Below are positions 20,397 to 30,955 of a DNA stretch of 64,000 nt, piece by piece (the stretch's first letter is position 1; each line of letters opens with the position of its first letter). The position numbers were made by a program, and so were the translations under genes. The stretch comes from Deltaproteobacteria bacterium (GTDB taxonomy: Bacteria; Myxococcota; Kuafuiibacteriia; Kuafuiibacteriales; Kuafuiibacteriaceae): NCBI GenBank assembly GCA_040218735.1, contig JAVJQW010000042.1, forward strand, positions 128,001-192,000, written 5' to 3'. The notes beneath the pieces are model-generated. The model had not been told where the DNA came from and did no database searches. It was given only the letters and a program-made list of their open reading frames with translations.

Positions 20397-21167
20397 TCAG
20401 CGGCAGGCGGGGCCGCCGGCCTCGACTACGCACTGTTGCCCGGCTTCGCAAGGTGGGTTGCACGCGGAGCGGCACTGCCGCTCGACGCAGACGAAACCGG
20501 ATCGACAAGCGGGGACACATCCCGTCGGCGCGGGCGACGGGACGCCGAGCTCACACGCGTGCACCGCTCCGTTGGAGACACAAAGGTTCATGTAGCGCCG
20601 GAGATCTTCCTCGTAGGTCGCGAATGCGTCGGCCGCGGCATCTTCCGACGACTGCCGCTTCAACATCATCCCGATGCCGCCCCAGAGGCCGCCCACGGTG
20701 ACGATTCCGAGCCCGAGGAGGAGTGGGATCAGCGGAAGGTCGAAGTCGTCGGAGTCGCGGGTGAAGAGCGGCACCACCGCCACCGCCGAGCCGCCGACCA
20801 TCGATCCGACGAACAACCACGAGTACCAGCTCGCCGACGACCGGTCGTCGACACTCTCCATGGCCCGCAGCGCCGTCGAGGATCCCTCGGGAACGATCGG
20901 CAGCAGGTCCTCCGGGAAGTGCACCTTCGCGCCGCCCTTGAGACGCATGTAGTCGGTCGTTCGGATCCCGGGCGAGGCCACGTAGCCGGTGACCACGTAG
21001 TTCTGCGTGCGATGCACCTGTGTCGGCGCGAGCTCTTCGTAGGCCTCGATTCGCTCTTGCGGCGTGGCCGTCGGCTTCGGCGCCTCGAGGGGGACGTGCG
21101 CGTAGCAGCTCGTGAGCGTGGTGAGCAGTGCGGTGAATGTGGCGATGGATCGTCGCATGGTTGTCAC
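20397..21167 (-). CDS. Hypothetical membrane lipoprotein with Cys-rich C-terminus
   Basis: LTSC lipobox, 2 TM, C-terminal CVPACRSGFVC...CNPPC; paralog of 28159-28779. Confidence 0.7.
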   Translation of the reverse strand: MTTMRRSIATFTALLTTLTSCYAHVPLEAPKPTATPQERIEAYEELAPTQVHRTQNYVVTGYVASPGIRTTDYMRLKGGAKVHFPEDLLPIVPEGSSTALRAMESVDDRSSASWYSWLFVGSMVGGSAVAVVPLFTRDSDDFDLPLIPLLLGLGIVTVGGLWGGIGMMLKRQSSEDAAADAFATYEEDLRRYMNLCVSNGAVHACELGVPSPAPTGCVPACRSGFVCVERQCRSACNPPCEAGQQCVVEAGGPACR

Positions 21168-21736
21168 CCACCGAGCCGCGGGGCGGCCATCAGGAAGCAG
21201 TCGAGCACCTCACCGCAGGCCGCGGCGGGCACGAAGCATCCGTTGAGCTCCACGATCACGGACGTCTCGTACAGCTCGATGTTGCTGTCATTCGCGCACA
21301 GCGCGAGCGGGAACGTGTCGCCGCAGTCGGTGTGTTTCATCGTGCAGGCGTCGCGCAGCATCGTGTCGATGTCGCGCGTGCCGGCGGCCTGTGCGGCCAT
21401 CGAAAAGCAGCTGTCCTCGTCCCCGGCCACCGAGCAGTCGTCCCCGACCCCGAGGCACGACGCGAGCGCGTCGATCGCCGCGGGGCGAATCAACGCGGCC
21501 CAGTCCTCGCAGTCGGCGCCGCAGTAGTCGCTGACCTCCCCGGCGTTGCAGCGCGTTTCGAAGTCGCAGCGCGCTTCGCAGAAGCTCGGCGGGGGGCCGC
21601 CGTCGCGCGGTTCCTCGACCCCCGCATCGCGGGTGCCGGCGTCCTTCACGACCGAGCCGCCGTCCCGAGCATCGTCGTCGTCGGTGCCGCCGCTGCAGGC
21701 GGTGAGGAGGAATAGGCAGAGCAGGGCGCGTCGCAT
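21164..21736 (-). CDS. Cys-rich lipoprotein
   Basis: MRRALLCLFLLTAC lipobox, DGG/DAG linker, CxxxC repeats. Confidence 0.75.
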   Translation of the reverse strand: MRRALLCLFLLTACSGGTDDDDARDGGSVVKDAGTRDAGVEEPRDGGPPPSFCEARCDFETRCNAGEVSDYCGADCEDWAALIRPAAIDALASCLGVGDDCSVAGDEDSCFSMAAQAAGTRDIDTMLRDACTMKHTDCGDTFPLALCANDSNIELYETSVIVELNGCFVPAAACGEVLDCFLMAAPRLGG

Positions 21737-21876
21737 GACGCGGCTGTACCTACCACGGCGCGGGTCGGAGATCCGAAACGTGCGCGATCCCACGCGGGGC
21801 TGGTCGACACTGGATTGCCATCACCTGTCCCTCGGATCTCCGCACCCTCGCAACGGCGAAGCATTAGACCGAAAGG

Positions 21877-22479
21877 ATGCCCAAACGTTACTCGCAGGAC
21901 GATCTGAAAGCCGTTGTCGCGCTCGCCGCCGACCACGACGCCGCGGCTGACCTCTCGGAAGACGAGCTCCTCGACGTGTGCCGCGCGGTGGGCTTGGAGG
22001 GGCCCGCGGTTGACGCCGCGATCGCCCAAGTCGCGCGCCGCGGCGATCGCCGGCGCGCGCTCGTCGGGGCCGTCGTCCTCGTGTCCGCGGTCGGAGGTGC
22101 CTTGGCCTTCGGCCGCGAAGGCATCCCGCTCGCACTTCACAACGAGCGCTCCTGCCCGGTCGAGATCGAGGTCTTCGTGCCGCGCGTGTCGACGGCGTGT
22201 TCTCAGGCTTCACGCCCTCCGCGGGCCAGCGACTACTGTCGCGTCGCCCTCGTCCAGCTGCAACGCGACGAACGCTCGCGCGTCGATATCCGTGACGCTG
22301 AGCGCTGCCCGTGGGTTTGGGTGCGAAGCGACCTGGACTCCGTGACCTTCCGACTCCCTGCGTCCGTCGAGCTCGAGCACGACGGCGTCTTCGACGAGAA
22401 GGGCCTCGGCGCGCCATCGAAGTTCACTGAGCCCCTGATCGATGAGCGCCAGCCCGAGGACTGCGGAGGTGTGTCGTGA
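21877..22479 (+). CDS. Hypothetical single-TM protein
   Basis: RBS AAAGG; helical N-terminus YSQDDL...LSEDEL, one TM; GTGA overlap with the next gene. Confidence 0.65.
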   Translation: MPKRYSQDDLKAVVALAADHDAAADLSEDELLDVCRAVGLEGPAVDAAIAQVARRGDRRRALVGAVVLVSAVGGALAFGREGIPLALHNERSCPVEIEVFVPRVSTACSQASRPPRASDYCRVALVQLQRDERSRVDIRDAERCPWVWVRSDLDSVTFRLPASVELEHDGVFDEKGLGAPSKFTEPLIDERQPEDCGGVS

Positions 22480-23711
22480 GTGAGCCCGTCGTTCGTGACG
22501 TCGTCGCAGCCTTCGGCGCGCTCGCGATGTTGGCGGCCGCGTTGGTCGCAGAGCACCACGGCGTCGTGACGCCGTTGGCCGGAACCACCGTCGCGCTCGC
22601 GTTGATGGTGTGCGGGCTGTTCGGGAGCGCGCCGATCAGCCGCGTCGTGCAGACCGTCGGCGGGGTGCTCGTGTTCACGTACTTCGTCCTGACGTCGGGG
22701 CCATCCTGGTTCGGAACGTGTGGCCTGTTCGTCGTCGCCGCCGCGTTGGTGTTCCTCGTGTTCGCGGACCGTGCGTTGGAGAGTGTCACCTGCGGGATCG
22801 CCGGTGCGCTGGTCGTGAATGGCTGGTGTTTGTCGGGAGGCCTCGCGGGGCCCGAAGCGCTCGCGTTGGCCTTCGTCGGCTGGGTCGCCAGCTTCGGCGC
22901 CGCGTTGACGCTCACCGGTCGCCAAGACGACGCTCCCCCCTACCGAAGCGCCGTGGTGTCCACGGTGCTCACCACGCTCGCGATGGTCTCCGTGGCCTTC
23001 GACCGCGGTGGTGTCACCGAAGGGGCCATCGCCGCGTCGGCGTGTGTCTTCGGCGGCGCGCTGCTCTTCAGACGAGCGGAGGCCCTCGGCGTCGGGCACT
23101 TGCTCCTCTTCGCGGGTGCATTCTTCGCCATCGTCGGAGCTACCGCGTACTACGACGACGTCGATCTCGCGTTTGCGCTCGGCACCGTTACGCTGGGTCT
23201 CGCCGCGGCCGCTCGCATCGCGCGCGCCGGGCAGGCCTGGGCTCCCGCCGTCGTGAGCACCGCGGTGTTGTGCCTCGCGTTCGCCGTGAGCTCCCCGCGC
23301 GTCGGTGCTCACGACGGCGACTACGTTCAGCAGTGGGTCGCGCTCGCGGCGCTGTTCGTGGTCTTGCAAGCTACGTTGCGCCGGTTGTCTCCCGTGATGG
23401 TGAGACCGTGGTTCGAGATCGCCGGCGTGCTCATGGCCGTCGCGGCCGTCTCGACGGTGCTCACCGCCTGCGGGATCGCCGGCTGGGGCCTCTCAGTGTT
23501 CTGGGCGCTGCTCGGCGTCGTCTTGTGGTTCACCGAGCGCAGAGCGCTTCGGATCGTCGCGGGCGTCCTCGCGATCACCGTCGTCCTCAGGCTCGGCGCG
23601 GATTGGGCCGACCTCGGCAGCACCGCGCGGGTCGCGCTGTTGTTCTCGCTCGGCGCCGGCGCGACGCTCTGGGCCGCGTGGGGGCCCAGCTTCGCGGGCA
23701 CGAAGTGCTGA
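22476..23711 (+). CDS. Polytopic membrane protein of unknown function
   Basis: 411 aa, hydrophobic almost throughout. Confidence 0.7.
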   Translation: MSEPVVRDVVAAFGALAMLAAALVAEHHGVVTPLAGTTVALALMVCGLFGSAPISRVVQTVGGVLVFTYFVLTSGPSWFGTCGLFVVAAALVFLVFADRALESVTCGIAGALVVNGWCLSGGLAGPEALALAFVGWVASFGAALTLTGRQDDAPPYRSAVVSTVLTTLAMVSVAFDRGGVTEGAIAASACVFGGALLFRRAEALGVGHLLLFAGAFFAIVGATAYYDDVDLAFALGTVTLGLAAAARIARAGQAWAPAVVSTAVLCLAFAVSSPRVGAHDGDYVQQWVALAALFVVLQATLRRLSPVMVRPWFEIAGVLMAVAAVSTVLTACGIAGWGLSVFWALLGVVLWFTERRALRIVAGVLAITVVLRLGADWADLGSTARVALLFSLGAGATLWAAWGPSFAGTKC

Positions 23712-23715
23712 GACG

Positions 23716-25266
23716 TCACACCGGCGCGATGGTCCGGCGCGACGTCTCCACCGTCCCGCTCGTGCGCTTCTCCACCTCCGCGCGGTGGACGTGCCACCAC
23801 GCGCGTGCCTCGTCGCGCGACCATTCGCCGGCGGCGGCGCACGCGTCGAGCGCTTCGCGGAACGTGGCGGCGGAAGCGAAGCGGTCCTCTGGCTTCTTCG
23901 CGAGGCACTTCGCGACGACGGCCTCCAGCGCGGGGTCGACGCCGCTGCGTTTCGTGGCCAGCGCGGGGGCCTTGGAGTGCAGGTGGTGCCCGAGGACTTC
24001 GACGACGTTGCCCTCGAAGACCGTCGATCCCGTGAGGAGGAAGAACGCGACCGCGCCGAGCGCGTAGAGATCCGCGCGTGCGTCGACGGTGTCGGGTGCG
24101 GTCAACGCTTCGGGGGCGAGATACAGCGGCGTCCCCTGGACCGTGTTCGCGGTGGTGACGCCCGGGTCCGACGCGGTCTGGACGTCCTTGACCAGCCCGA
24201 AGTCCACGACCTTGACCATGTCCGGGATGCCGCCGCGCTCGCAGAGGATGATGTTGTCGGGTTTGATGTCGCGGTGCACGAGCCCCATCGCGTGGGCCTC
24301 CGCGAGCGCGTCCGCGACCTGCCGGAGCACGTGGATCGCGCGCGCCTCCGGGAGCGGACCGAAGCGATCCACGAGCGCCTGCAGGCTCACGCCGTCGAGG
24401 AACTCCATCGCGTAGTAGAAGACGCCGTCGTACGTGCGCCCGAAGTCGAAGATGGCGACGGTGTTCGGGTGCGTGAGTCGGCTGGTCTGCTGCACTTCAC
24501 GCTCGAAGCGCGCGATGGCCTCTTCGCCGGCCTTCGCCGGCGGAAGCAACTTCACCGCGGTGGGTCGACGCAACATCGCGTGGCGCGCGCGATAGACCGC
24601 GCCCATGCCGCCCTCGCCGATCTTCGATTCGAGGGTGTACTGGCCAAGCTGCATCGCCTCGCGCACGCGCGTCTGCAGGCCGAACACCACGCGTGAGACG
24701 ACCGCCGCGACGAACGCAAAACCCACGGTCGCGAACACGTTCAGCGTGAGCGGGAACATCCAGTCCGGGAACTCCTCGTCCATCGCCATCTCGATGCGCA
24801 GGTTTTCGAACCCAGCGACCGAGCACCACGTCATGACGCCGCCCCACGTCAGCACCAGCGTCGCCGACAACCACGCGGTGCTGGGAATCACCGCCGCACG
24901 GAGGAGCATGACGATGCCCATCAGGATCGGCACGAACATCCCCATCACACCGCCCGCGCCGGGCACCGGCGGGAACAGCGGGAGCGTCGCGAACACCCCC
25001 ATGGCCACGAACATCCCGCCGATCTCCAACGACCGCGACTGCCAGGCCGGTCGGGACCCGCGCCGGGCCACGGCCCAGACGACGCCGAACGTCACCGCGA
25101 CCGTGAACGTTGCGAGGCGGGTGCTCGACCACAGCGACTCCCCGGGCGCCGAAGGCGACAAGATGTCCACGACCCACATCACGCCGAAGAACTGCGCGGC
25201 GACCCGCGCGAAGAGGGCGACGCGTCGCTGCAGGTACGCGCTGGGGTTGCGGAGCGTATCGAACAT
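23716..25266 (-). CDS. Ser/Thr protein kinase with N-terminal multi-TM sensor region
   Basis: GEGGMGAVY, TAVK, HRDIKPDN, DFG, GTPLYLAPE, DLYALG; about 6 N-terminal TMs. Confidence 0.92.
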   Translation of the reverse strand: MFDTLRNPSAYLQRRVALFARVAAQFFGVMWVVDILSPSAPGESLWSSTRLATFTVAVTFGVVWAVARRGSRPAWQSRSLEIGGMFVAMGVFATLPLFPPVPGAGGVMGMFVPILMGIVMLLRAAVIPSTAWLSATLVLTWGGVMTWCSVAGFENLRIEMAMDEEFPDWMFPLTLNVFATVGFAFVAAVVSRVVFGLQTRVREAMQLGQYTLESKIGEGGMGAVYRARHAMLRRPTAVKLLPPAKAGEEAIARFEREVQQTSRLTHPNTVAIFDFGRTYDGVFYYAMEFLDGVSLQALVDRFGPLPEARAIHVLRQVADALAEAHAMGLVHRDIKPDNIILCERGGIPDMVKVVDFGLVKDVQTASDPGVTTANTVQGTPLYLAPEALTAPDTVDARADLYALGAVAFFLLTGSTVFEGNVVEVLGHHLHSKAPALATKRSGVDPALEAVVAKCLAKKPEDRFASAATFREALDACAAAGEWSRDEARAWWHVHRAEVEKRTSGTVETSRRTIAPV

Positions 25267-25312
25267 CGCGGGCCGGGCGGCGGCATCATACGCCCGTGCG
25301 CGCGGTCGTCGA

Positions 25313-28117
25313 CTACGGAAAGAGGAACGGATCGAAGAACGACGCGCCGTTGAACAGCGTCGTGTGGTTCATCGGCTGCCCCGGCGCGAGGAAGTCCGCC
25401 GGGAAGTTGCCGCTCTGGATACGGGGCGCGAACAGCGGCTGGCGGCGCGGGTCGTTGATCATCGGTCCGGCCCCCGCGGTGAGCGCGCCGAGCCCCAGCG
25501 GCGGTGCGCGCGTCGCGTCGTGACAACCGAGGCAGAAGTCGTTGCCGGTGGTGTCGGGCCGCGGTGCGTTGTGGCTGAACGGACCCTCCGGGAAGTGAAG
25601 CTCCGCGCTGATCCTCCGCGTCCCCGCCGCGAGGCTGGTGGCGGAGAGGGCGGGCGGCATGCCGTGCACGTCGTCGTAGTCGTGCACGCAGTAGTAGGTG
25701 TCGAACTCGTCGGTGCCGAGGAGGTTCGCGATCTGCGTGTGTGACGACTTCGGGTAGGCCGCGGCGCGGGCGGCGTTCGGGTCCGCGTCGCCGCGCATCC
25801 CCACCAGATAACCGCGCGCGTAGTTACACGCGAGCTCGGGGCCGGGTCGACGTCCGATGACCTTCAGCTCGTCGATCCAGCCGCGGAACCCGAGCACCTC
25901 CGTGTCGCGTCCAACGACGAGGTCGCCGGGGACCACGCCGAGGATCGGCGCGGTGTCGGTCGAAGTGCCAAGGAGGAAACCGTTGAGGTAGAGGTCGACC
26001 GTCCTGCCTTCGTCGCGCACGACGAAGCCCAGGTGGTTGTAGTGTTTGGGCGCGTAGCGCGCCGCCGCGGGGAGGTAGTGCAGGAACAGCGCGCCCGTCG
26101 CGGAGCGGAGCACCACGGCGTCCGCGTAGTAGAGGAAGATCGACGAGCCGTCCGGGAGCGCGAGCAGCTCGGGGACGTACGCGCCGATCGTCTGGCGCGC
26201 GTCGACGAACACGCCGAGGTACCAGTCGCGCTTCGCCAGGCTCTGCTGTCCGGCGGACTCCGCGGGGATCGTGTAGCGGATCCCGCTCACGCCATCGAGC
26301 CACGCACCTTTGCCCTCGACGCCGCCGAGCGCGACGGGCTCCACACGTACATTGGGATCCGCCAGCCCGTAGGACGGCACGTTAATCGTCGGGGAGCTCG
26401 CGCCGTTCTGGAACCGCACCTCGTCGATCGGACCGAGGCCGTAGAGGGTGCCGCTGATCCGCGTCTGCGCGAAGCCGTCGCGGTAGCGCATCGTCCCGAA
26501 CGAACGTGGGTGCGGCGCAGCGTGCGACAGCGACGCGGTCATGTTCGAGACGATCAGAGCGTCCTTGTCGATGTAGTCGTCGAACTCGACCTCCTGCGTT
26601 CCCTTGCCGTTGCTCACCAGCCAGACCACGTCGCGCGGGGATGCGACCTCGAGGTTGGCCGAGTAGTTGAAGCGGTTCTCGATCGAATCGATGACGTTGA
26701 TGTTCCCGGACCCCACCGGCGGGCGCTCCAGGTGTCCGGTCGGATCGTGGTTGCCGTCGGCGCGTCCGTTGCCGGCGTCGATCCATCCGCTCGTCGGCGC
26801 GCCCGTCGGCCCCGAGTTGTCCTGATACAGCTGCACCTGCCGGCGCATGTCCTTCCCGACGTAGAGGTTGTAGTCGATGTTGTTGAGGACGCCGTCGACG
26901 GTGACGACCTTGCCGTGCGTCCACAGCCCGGCCATCGCGACGCCCTGGTAGTGGAACGTCGCCTCCACCGTCTTGTCCTCGACCTGGGTGTGGCTCGGGT
27001 AGAGCAGGCAGTTGTAGCCGGGGAGGCAGCGCGCCTTGTAACGCGTGAACAGGTTTCCGCCCTGGTCGTAGTAGTGGAAGCGTTCGTTGAGCGTCGTGAA
27101 GAAGAGGTTGCGGCCCTTCGCATCCATCCACTGGTAGGTCGCCTTGAGCTCGGCGCCGTCCGGGATGAGGTTGCCCTCGGGGTCGCGGAACGGGTGCTGC
27201 GCGAGCCCGTAGCGACCCTGCATCGCGGGGTCGTAGGGGGCGTGGGAGATCGGCTGGAACGTCGTCCACTGCGTGACGTCACACGGGCTGTTGGTCGCGG
27301 TCTCCGGGTATACTGAGTAGACGATGTCGTACGAGCCGGTGCCGCCGGTCGGGTTCGGCATCTGCGAGAAGCTCGCGCGCCCCACGAAGAGGTAGCCGTC
27401 CTCCGTGGTGATCGGCTCCCACAGCGACTTGATCGCGAGCTGCGGCGTCGACACCGGCGGCGACAGCGCGGTGACGCTGGAGATCTGCGGATTCGCGGTC
27501 TTCGGCTGGTCCACGACGACGCGGATGTCCGCGCCCCAGATCTCCATGTTCTTCACGCCCGGCGATACCTCGCCTTCCACGGTGCTGACGATCGTGAGGT
27601 CGTAGCAGTCCTGCTGGTTGTTCGCGGCGCACGGGTAGGGGTTGCGGCGTTTGCTCACCGGCTGGTCGCGCGTGCCGTCGCAGATCGTGTGCATCTGCAC
27701 GCGCTTCATCGGCATCGTCGAATTCTCGAACGCGGGGAGCGCGGTGTGCTGGTGCGCGAGGCTCGTGATGGAGACCCCGTTCGGCCCGCTGAGGAACCGC
27801 CCCGACATCATCTCCGGCGACATCAGGTACATCTTGCGCTGCCCGAGGATCACGCCGATGCGCCCGTCGGTCGTGAGCCGGAACGGCGGCAGGTGCGGGT
27901 ACGTGAAGTCCGGGCCGCCCCCGTTGTCGCCGAAGTTCAGGACGTCCCGCCGCACCGCAGGGAGCTCCGGGAGCCCGGTTGGCGGTGGCGGCGGCGCGTT
28001 CGTGGTGGGCGGCGGCACCTGCGCGACGGGGGGCGCCGTGGCTTCGTCCGTGGTGACCGAAGTGGGTTCGGGCGCCGAGCAGGCGGCGAGGATCGGGAGG
28101 AGGAGGAGGCGACGCAC
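25313..28117 (-). CDS. Large lipoprotein with LamG-like domain and C-terminal CxxCH
   Basis: GTG start VRRLLLLPILAAC; HLGFVV...VDLYLNG...FRGWIDELKV LamG-like motifs; FCLGCH near the C-terminus. Confidence 0.7.
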   Translation of the reverse strand: MRRLLLLPILAACSAPEPTSVTTDEATAPPVAQVPPPTTNAPPPPPTGLPELPAVRRDVLNFGDNGGGPDFTYPHLPPFRLTTDGRIGVILGQRKMYLMSPEMMSGRFLSGPNGVSITSLAHQHTALPAFENSTMPMKRVQMHTICDGTRDQPVSKRRNPYPCAANNQQDCYDLTIVSTVEGEVSPGVKNMEIWGADIRVVVDQPKTANPQISSVTALSPPVSTPQLAIKSLWEPITTEDGYLFVGRASFSQMPNPTGGTGSYDIVYSVYPETATNSPCDVTQWTTFQPISHAPYDPAMQGRYGLAQHPFRDPEGNLIPDGAELKATYQWMDAKGRNLFFTTLNERFHYYDQGGNLFTRYKARCLPGYNCLLYPSHTQVEDKTVEATFHYQGVAMAGLWTHGKVVTVDGVLNNIDYNLYVGKDMRRQVQLYQDNSGPTGAPTSGWIDAGNGRADGNHDPTGHLERPPVGSGNINVIDSIENRFNYSANLEVASPRDVVWLVSNGKGTQEVEFDDYIDKDALIVSNMTASLSHAAPHPRSFGTMRYRDGFAQTRISGTLYGLGPIDEVRFQNGASSPTINVPSYGLADPNVRVEPVALGGVEGKGAWLDGVSGIRYTIPAESAGQQSLAKRDWYLGVFVDARQTIGAYVPELLALPDGSSIFLYYADAVVLRSATGALFLHYLPAAARYAPKHYNHLGFVVRDEGRTVDLYLNGFLLGTSTDTAPILGVVPGDLVVGRDTEVLGFRGWIDELKVIGRRPGPELACNYARGYLVGMRGDADPNAARAAAYPKSSHTQIANLLGTDEFDTYYCVHDYDDVHGMPPALSATSLAAGTRRISAELHFPEGPFSHNAPRPDTTGNDFCLGCHDATRAPPLGLGALTAGAGPMINDPRRQPLFAPRIQSGNFPADFLAPGQPMNHTTLFNGASFFDPFLFP

Positions 28118-28158
28118 GACACCCCATACGACGCGCGTCGAGCAGATCTGTCGCCCGG

Positions 28159-28779
28159 TCAGCGCTCCACGCAGGCGGCGACGGCGTCCCCATCTCGGCA
28201 CAGCGCGAGGCGCCCGAGGAGATCGTCGTCGTACGAGCGGAACGCTTCGGAGGCGCTTCGGGAGGCCGACGCCTGGTTGCCGAAGCCGAGGATGCCTCCT
28301 GTGGCCATCATGAGCACGGTGATGGCGAGGCCCGTGACGAGCAACGTCGAACGCCCGGTGCTGTCCGGTTCGAACGCAAGACCCGACACTGCGGTCGCGA
28401 GGCCCAAGACCGGTCCGCACGCCGCGATGGCCCAACCCATGTCAGCCCGGTCTCGCGCTTCGATGCTCCGTCGCGCGCTGACGGCCGTCGCGGAGTCCCA
28501 CCACACGACCGGCAGCAGGTCGTCCGGTGCGCGGATCTCTCGGCCGTCCTGCAGGAGGAGGTGAGGCGGCAGCTCGATTTCTCGCTGCCCCCTCCCGAAG
28601 GGCTGCGCGGGGAGTGTCTTCAGCAAGGATGGCGTGGCGCGCTGCGCCGACAGCTTCTCGTACGCAGCGAGCCGTTCCGCGACCGGGGCGTCGGGTGCGG
28701 GGACGCTGAGTTTGATCCGAGGCGGGCTCGCGCAGGCGGTCGCGACGAGCAAGACCGCCGCCGCGCGCGCGCCCCTCAC
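28159..28779 (-). CDS. Hypothetical membrane lipoprotein
   Basis: ATAC lipobox, 2 TM; paralog of 20397-21167. Confidence 0.7.
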   Translation of the reverse strand: MRGARAAAVLLVATACASPPRIKLSVPAPDAPVAERLAAYEKLSAQRATPSLLKTLPAQPFGRGQREIELPPHLLLQDGREIRAPDDLLPVVWWDSATAVSARRSIEARDRADMGWAIAACGPVLGLATAVSGLAFEPDSTGRSTLLVTGLAITVLMMATGGILGFGNQASASRSASEAFRSYDDDLLGRLALCRDGDAVAACVER

Positions 28780-30257
28780 GCGTTCTTGCGCATCGCGCGC
28801 ATGTCCGGGAGGCCCGAGCCGGACGTGTCCACGTCCAGCGCGTGCAGCAGCCCGGCGTAGATCTCGCGCTCCTGCATGTTGCGCCCGACCTCGGGCGCGC
28901 CCGTCTGCGGGTCGAAGCCGTAGGTCAGCGCGGTCGTCGGATCGACGCCGCCCAGCACGTTGTTGCCGTTCACGAACGGCGAGAGCACCGCGAAGCCGTT
29001 GTTGAGGTCGTGCGACGAACCGAAGCTCTGCGAGTTCGACGGGCGACGCTTGGTCCGGCCGAAGTCACTCGCGAAGAAGATCATCGAACGATCCCACAGC
29101 GACTCACCGGCCTCGAACTCGGTGGCCTTCAGCAGGTCCACGAGCCGGTCGGCGATGCCGAGGATGCGCTGCCACATCACGGCCTGCGCGTCGCGGTGCG
29201 ACTGGTGCGAGAAGTCGAACGCGAGCGGCGGGTTCGTCAGCGCCGGCGGCGACGTCGTGAGCAGCACGTTGAACGACGGCGAAATCGTCACCGTGCACGA
29301 CACCCGGTTCTTGATCAGCAGGTACGCGAGCATCGCCTGCGCCTCGAGCGGATCCTGCGTGAACTTCGGGAACGCCTGGCGCACCGTCTCGCCGTCCGGC
29401 GACTCCGCGAGCCCGTACTCCGACAGCGGGATGCTCCCCGGCACGTCCGGGTACGCGTTCAGCTTCGTGATCAGGTCCTGCATCTCCAGGCCCTTCGCGA
29501 GGCGACGCTGTTCGATCCAGCGCTGAAGCCGCGGGCTCTGTTCGAACGTCTTGAAGAACGTCGACTCCGCGTCGAGCTTCTCATCGCGAAGCGCACGCGC
29601 CAGCTCCAGGCGGGTCCGCGAAGGCAGGTCCTTGATCCCGCGCGCGCCGTCCAGCGACAGCGGCCAGAAGTCCGGGCGCGCGACCGGCTCACCGACGGCG
29701 AATCCGGGGAGTGTGCGGTCGATGCCCGGCTCCAGGTAGCCACCCGCCGCCATGTTGACGTTCGGGAGCGTCATCGTCGCGCCGTACTCGGCCGCCACGG
29801 CCTCCTGCAGCGTGCGCCCGTTCCAGGCTTCGTTCCCGGTGATCGCACGCTTCTGCGCGACGGTGTGGTTCACGCTCGTGCCCGTGTGCGTGACGACCAT
29901 GAGGTCGTTCATGTGTTTGCGCACGAACGCGGACTGGTTCGTCCGGTACGGAATCGGGATCGCGCCGACCTCGCTCCGCGACAGGTTCACCGCGCGGAAC
30001 GGCGTGTCGTTCCAGGACTCGACCTCCGCGTCGCGGAAGCAGTTGAGGGTCGACGCGCCGGCGCCGGCCTCCGACTCCCGGATCGCGAGGAAGCTGTCGA
30101 TGAGCGAAGCGCCACCGGCGCCCGCCACCACGATCAGGAACTTCGGTTTCTTGGCGTCCTGCGCACCGACGGTGCGCGGGGTGAGCAGGGGAGAGACCGC
30201 CCCGCCGACGGCGGCGGCGCCCATGCCCTTGAGGAAGTGTCGTCGATTCGAACGCAT
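28776..30257 (-). CDS. Tat-exported DUF1501-like protein
   Basis: NRRHFLK twin-Arg signal; GGASLIDSF, FDFSH, SDFGRT, HDLNNG motifs. Confidence 0.75.
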   Translation of the reverse strand: MRSNRRHFLKGMGAAAVGGAVSPLLTPRTVGAQDAKKPKFLIVVAGAGGASLIDSFLAIRESEAGAGASTLNCFRDAEVESWNDTPFRAVNLSRSEVGAIPIPYRTNQSAFVRKHMNDLMVVTHTGTSVNHTVAQKRAITGNEAWNGRTLQEAVAAEYGATMTLPNVNMAAGGYLEPGIDRTLPGFAVGEPVARPDFWPLSLDGARGIKDLPSRTRLELARALRDEKLDAESTFFKTFEQSPRLQRWIEQRRLAKGLEMQDLITKLNAYPDVPGSIPLSEYGLAESPDGETVRQAFPKFTQDPLEAQAMLAYLLIKNRVSCTVTISPSFNVLLTTSPPALTNPPLAFDFSHQSHRDAQAVMWQRILGIADRLVDLLKATEFEAGESLWDRSMIFFASDFGRTKRRPSNSQSFGSSHDLNNGFAVLSPFVNGNNVLGGVDPTTALTYGFDPQTGAPEVGRNMQEREIYAGLLHALDVDTSGSGLPDMRAMRKNA

Positions 30258-30268
30258 CGTCGGGGCTC

Positions 30269-30955
30269 CTAGTAGAACAGCGATTCCATCGAGGTGAGGA
30301 CGGCGTGGCACGACAGGACCGCCCAGTCGCGGGCGGCGTTCGGCTGCCCGTCGGCTTCGATGTCGCGATAGAGCTGACGATGGTGCTCGACCTCGTCGGG
30401 CGTGGGGACGCGCAGCAACGCGCGCTGGTAGAGACGCTGGATCGACGCGGCGACCTCTTCGGCCTCCACGTCGGCGAGCGCGCCGTTGGCGAGCGGGAGG
30501 TTCAAGAAGATCCGACCGCTGCTCGGGTTGCCGAAGTCCGCGCTGACCCGCTCGCGGCACGCGAACAGCGCCATGCGCTCCACCGCGAGGGGCGTCGTCA
30601 CCGAGGTGAACGGCAGCGGCTCGTTGAGGCCCTGCACGTACGCCTCGACGCCGCCGAGCGTGATGCGGTGGATGAAGTCCGAGCACGAGTACTGACCGAG
30701 CTCGGTGCAGACCTCGGACAGACCGAGCGCCGTCGCGAAGTCGGCTTCGATGCGCTTCGCCTTCTTGAAACGAACGCTGCCCTTCTCGGAGGCGAGGAAC
30801 GAAGGCGTCGTGACCGTCGTGCCGCCGTCGCGGTTGGGGTCTTCGATGGAACCCGGTCCGCCGTCGCGCGTCGGTCCGCCGTCTTCGGACGGCTCGGACG
30901 ACGGGCAGGCGAACAGGAGCGTGCAGGTGGCGATGAGCAGCGTCTTACGGAACAC
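30269..30955 (-). CDS. Lipoprotein associated with the DUF1501 operon
   Basis: LLFAC lipobox; LYQRALLRVPTPDE...CHAVLTSMESLFY C-terminus. Confidence 0.72.
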   Translation of the reverse strand: MFRKTLLIATCTLLFACPSSEPSEDGGPTRDGGPGSIEDPNRDGGTTVTTPSFLASEKGSVRFKKAKRIEADFATALGLSEVCTELGQYSCSDFIHRITLGGVEAYVQGLNEPLPFTSVTTPLAVERMALFACRERVSADFGNPSSGRIFLNLPLANGALADVEAEEVAASIQRLYQRALLRVPTPDEVEHHRQLYRDIEADGQPNAARDWAVLSCHAVLTSMESLFY

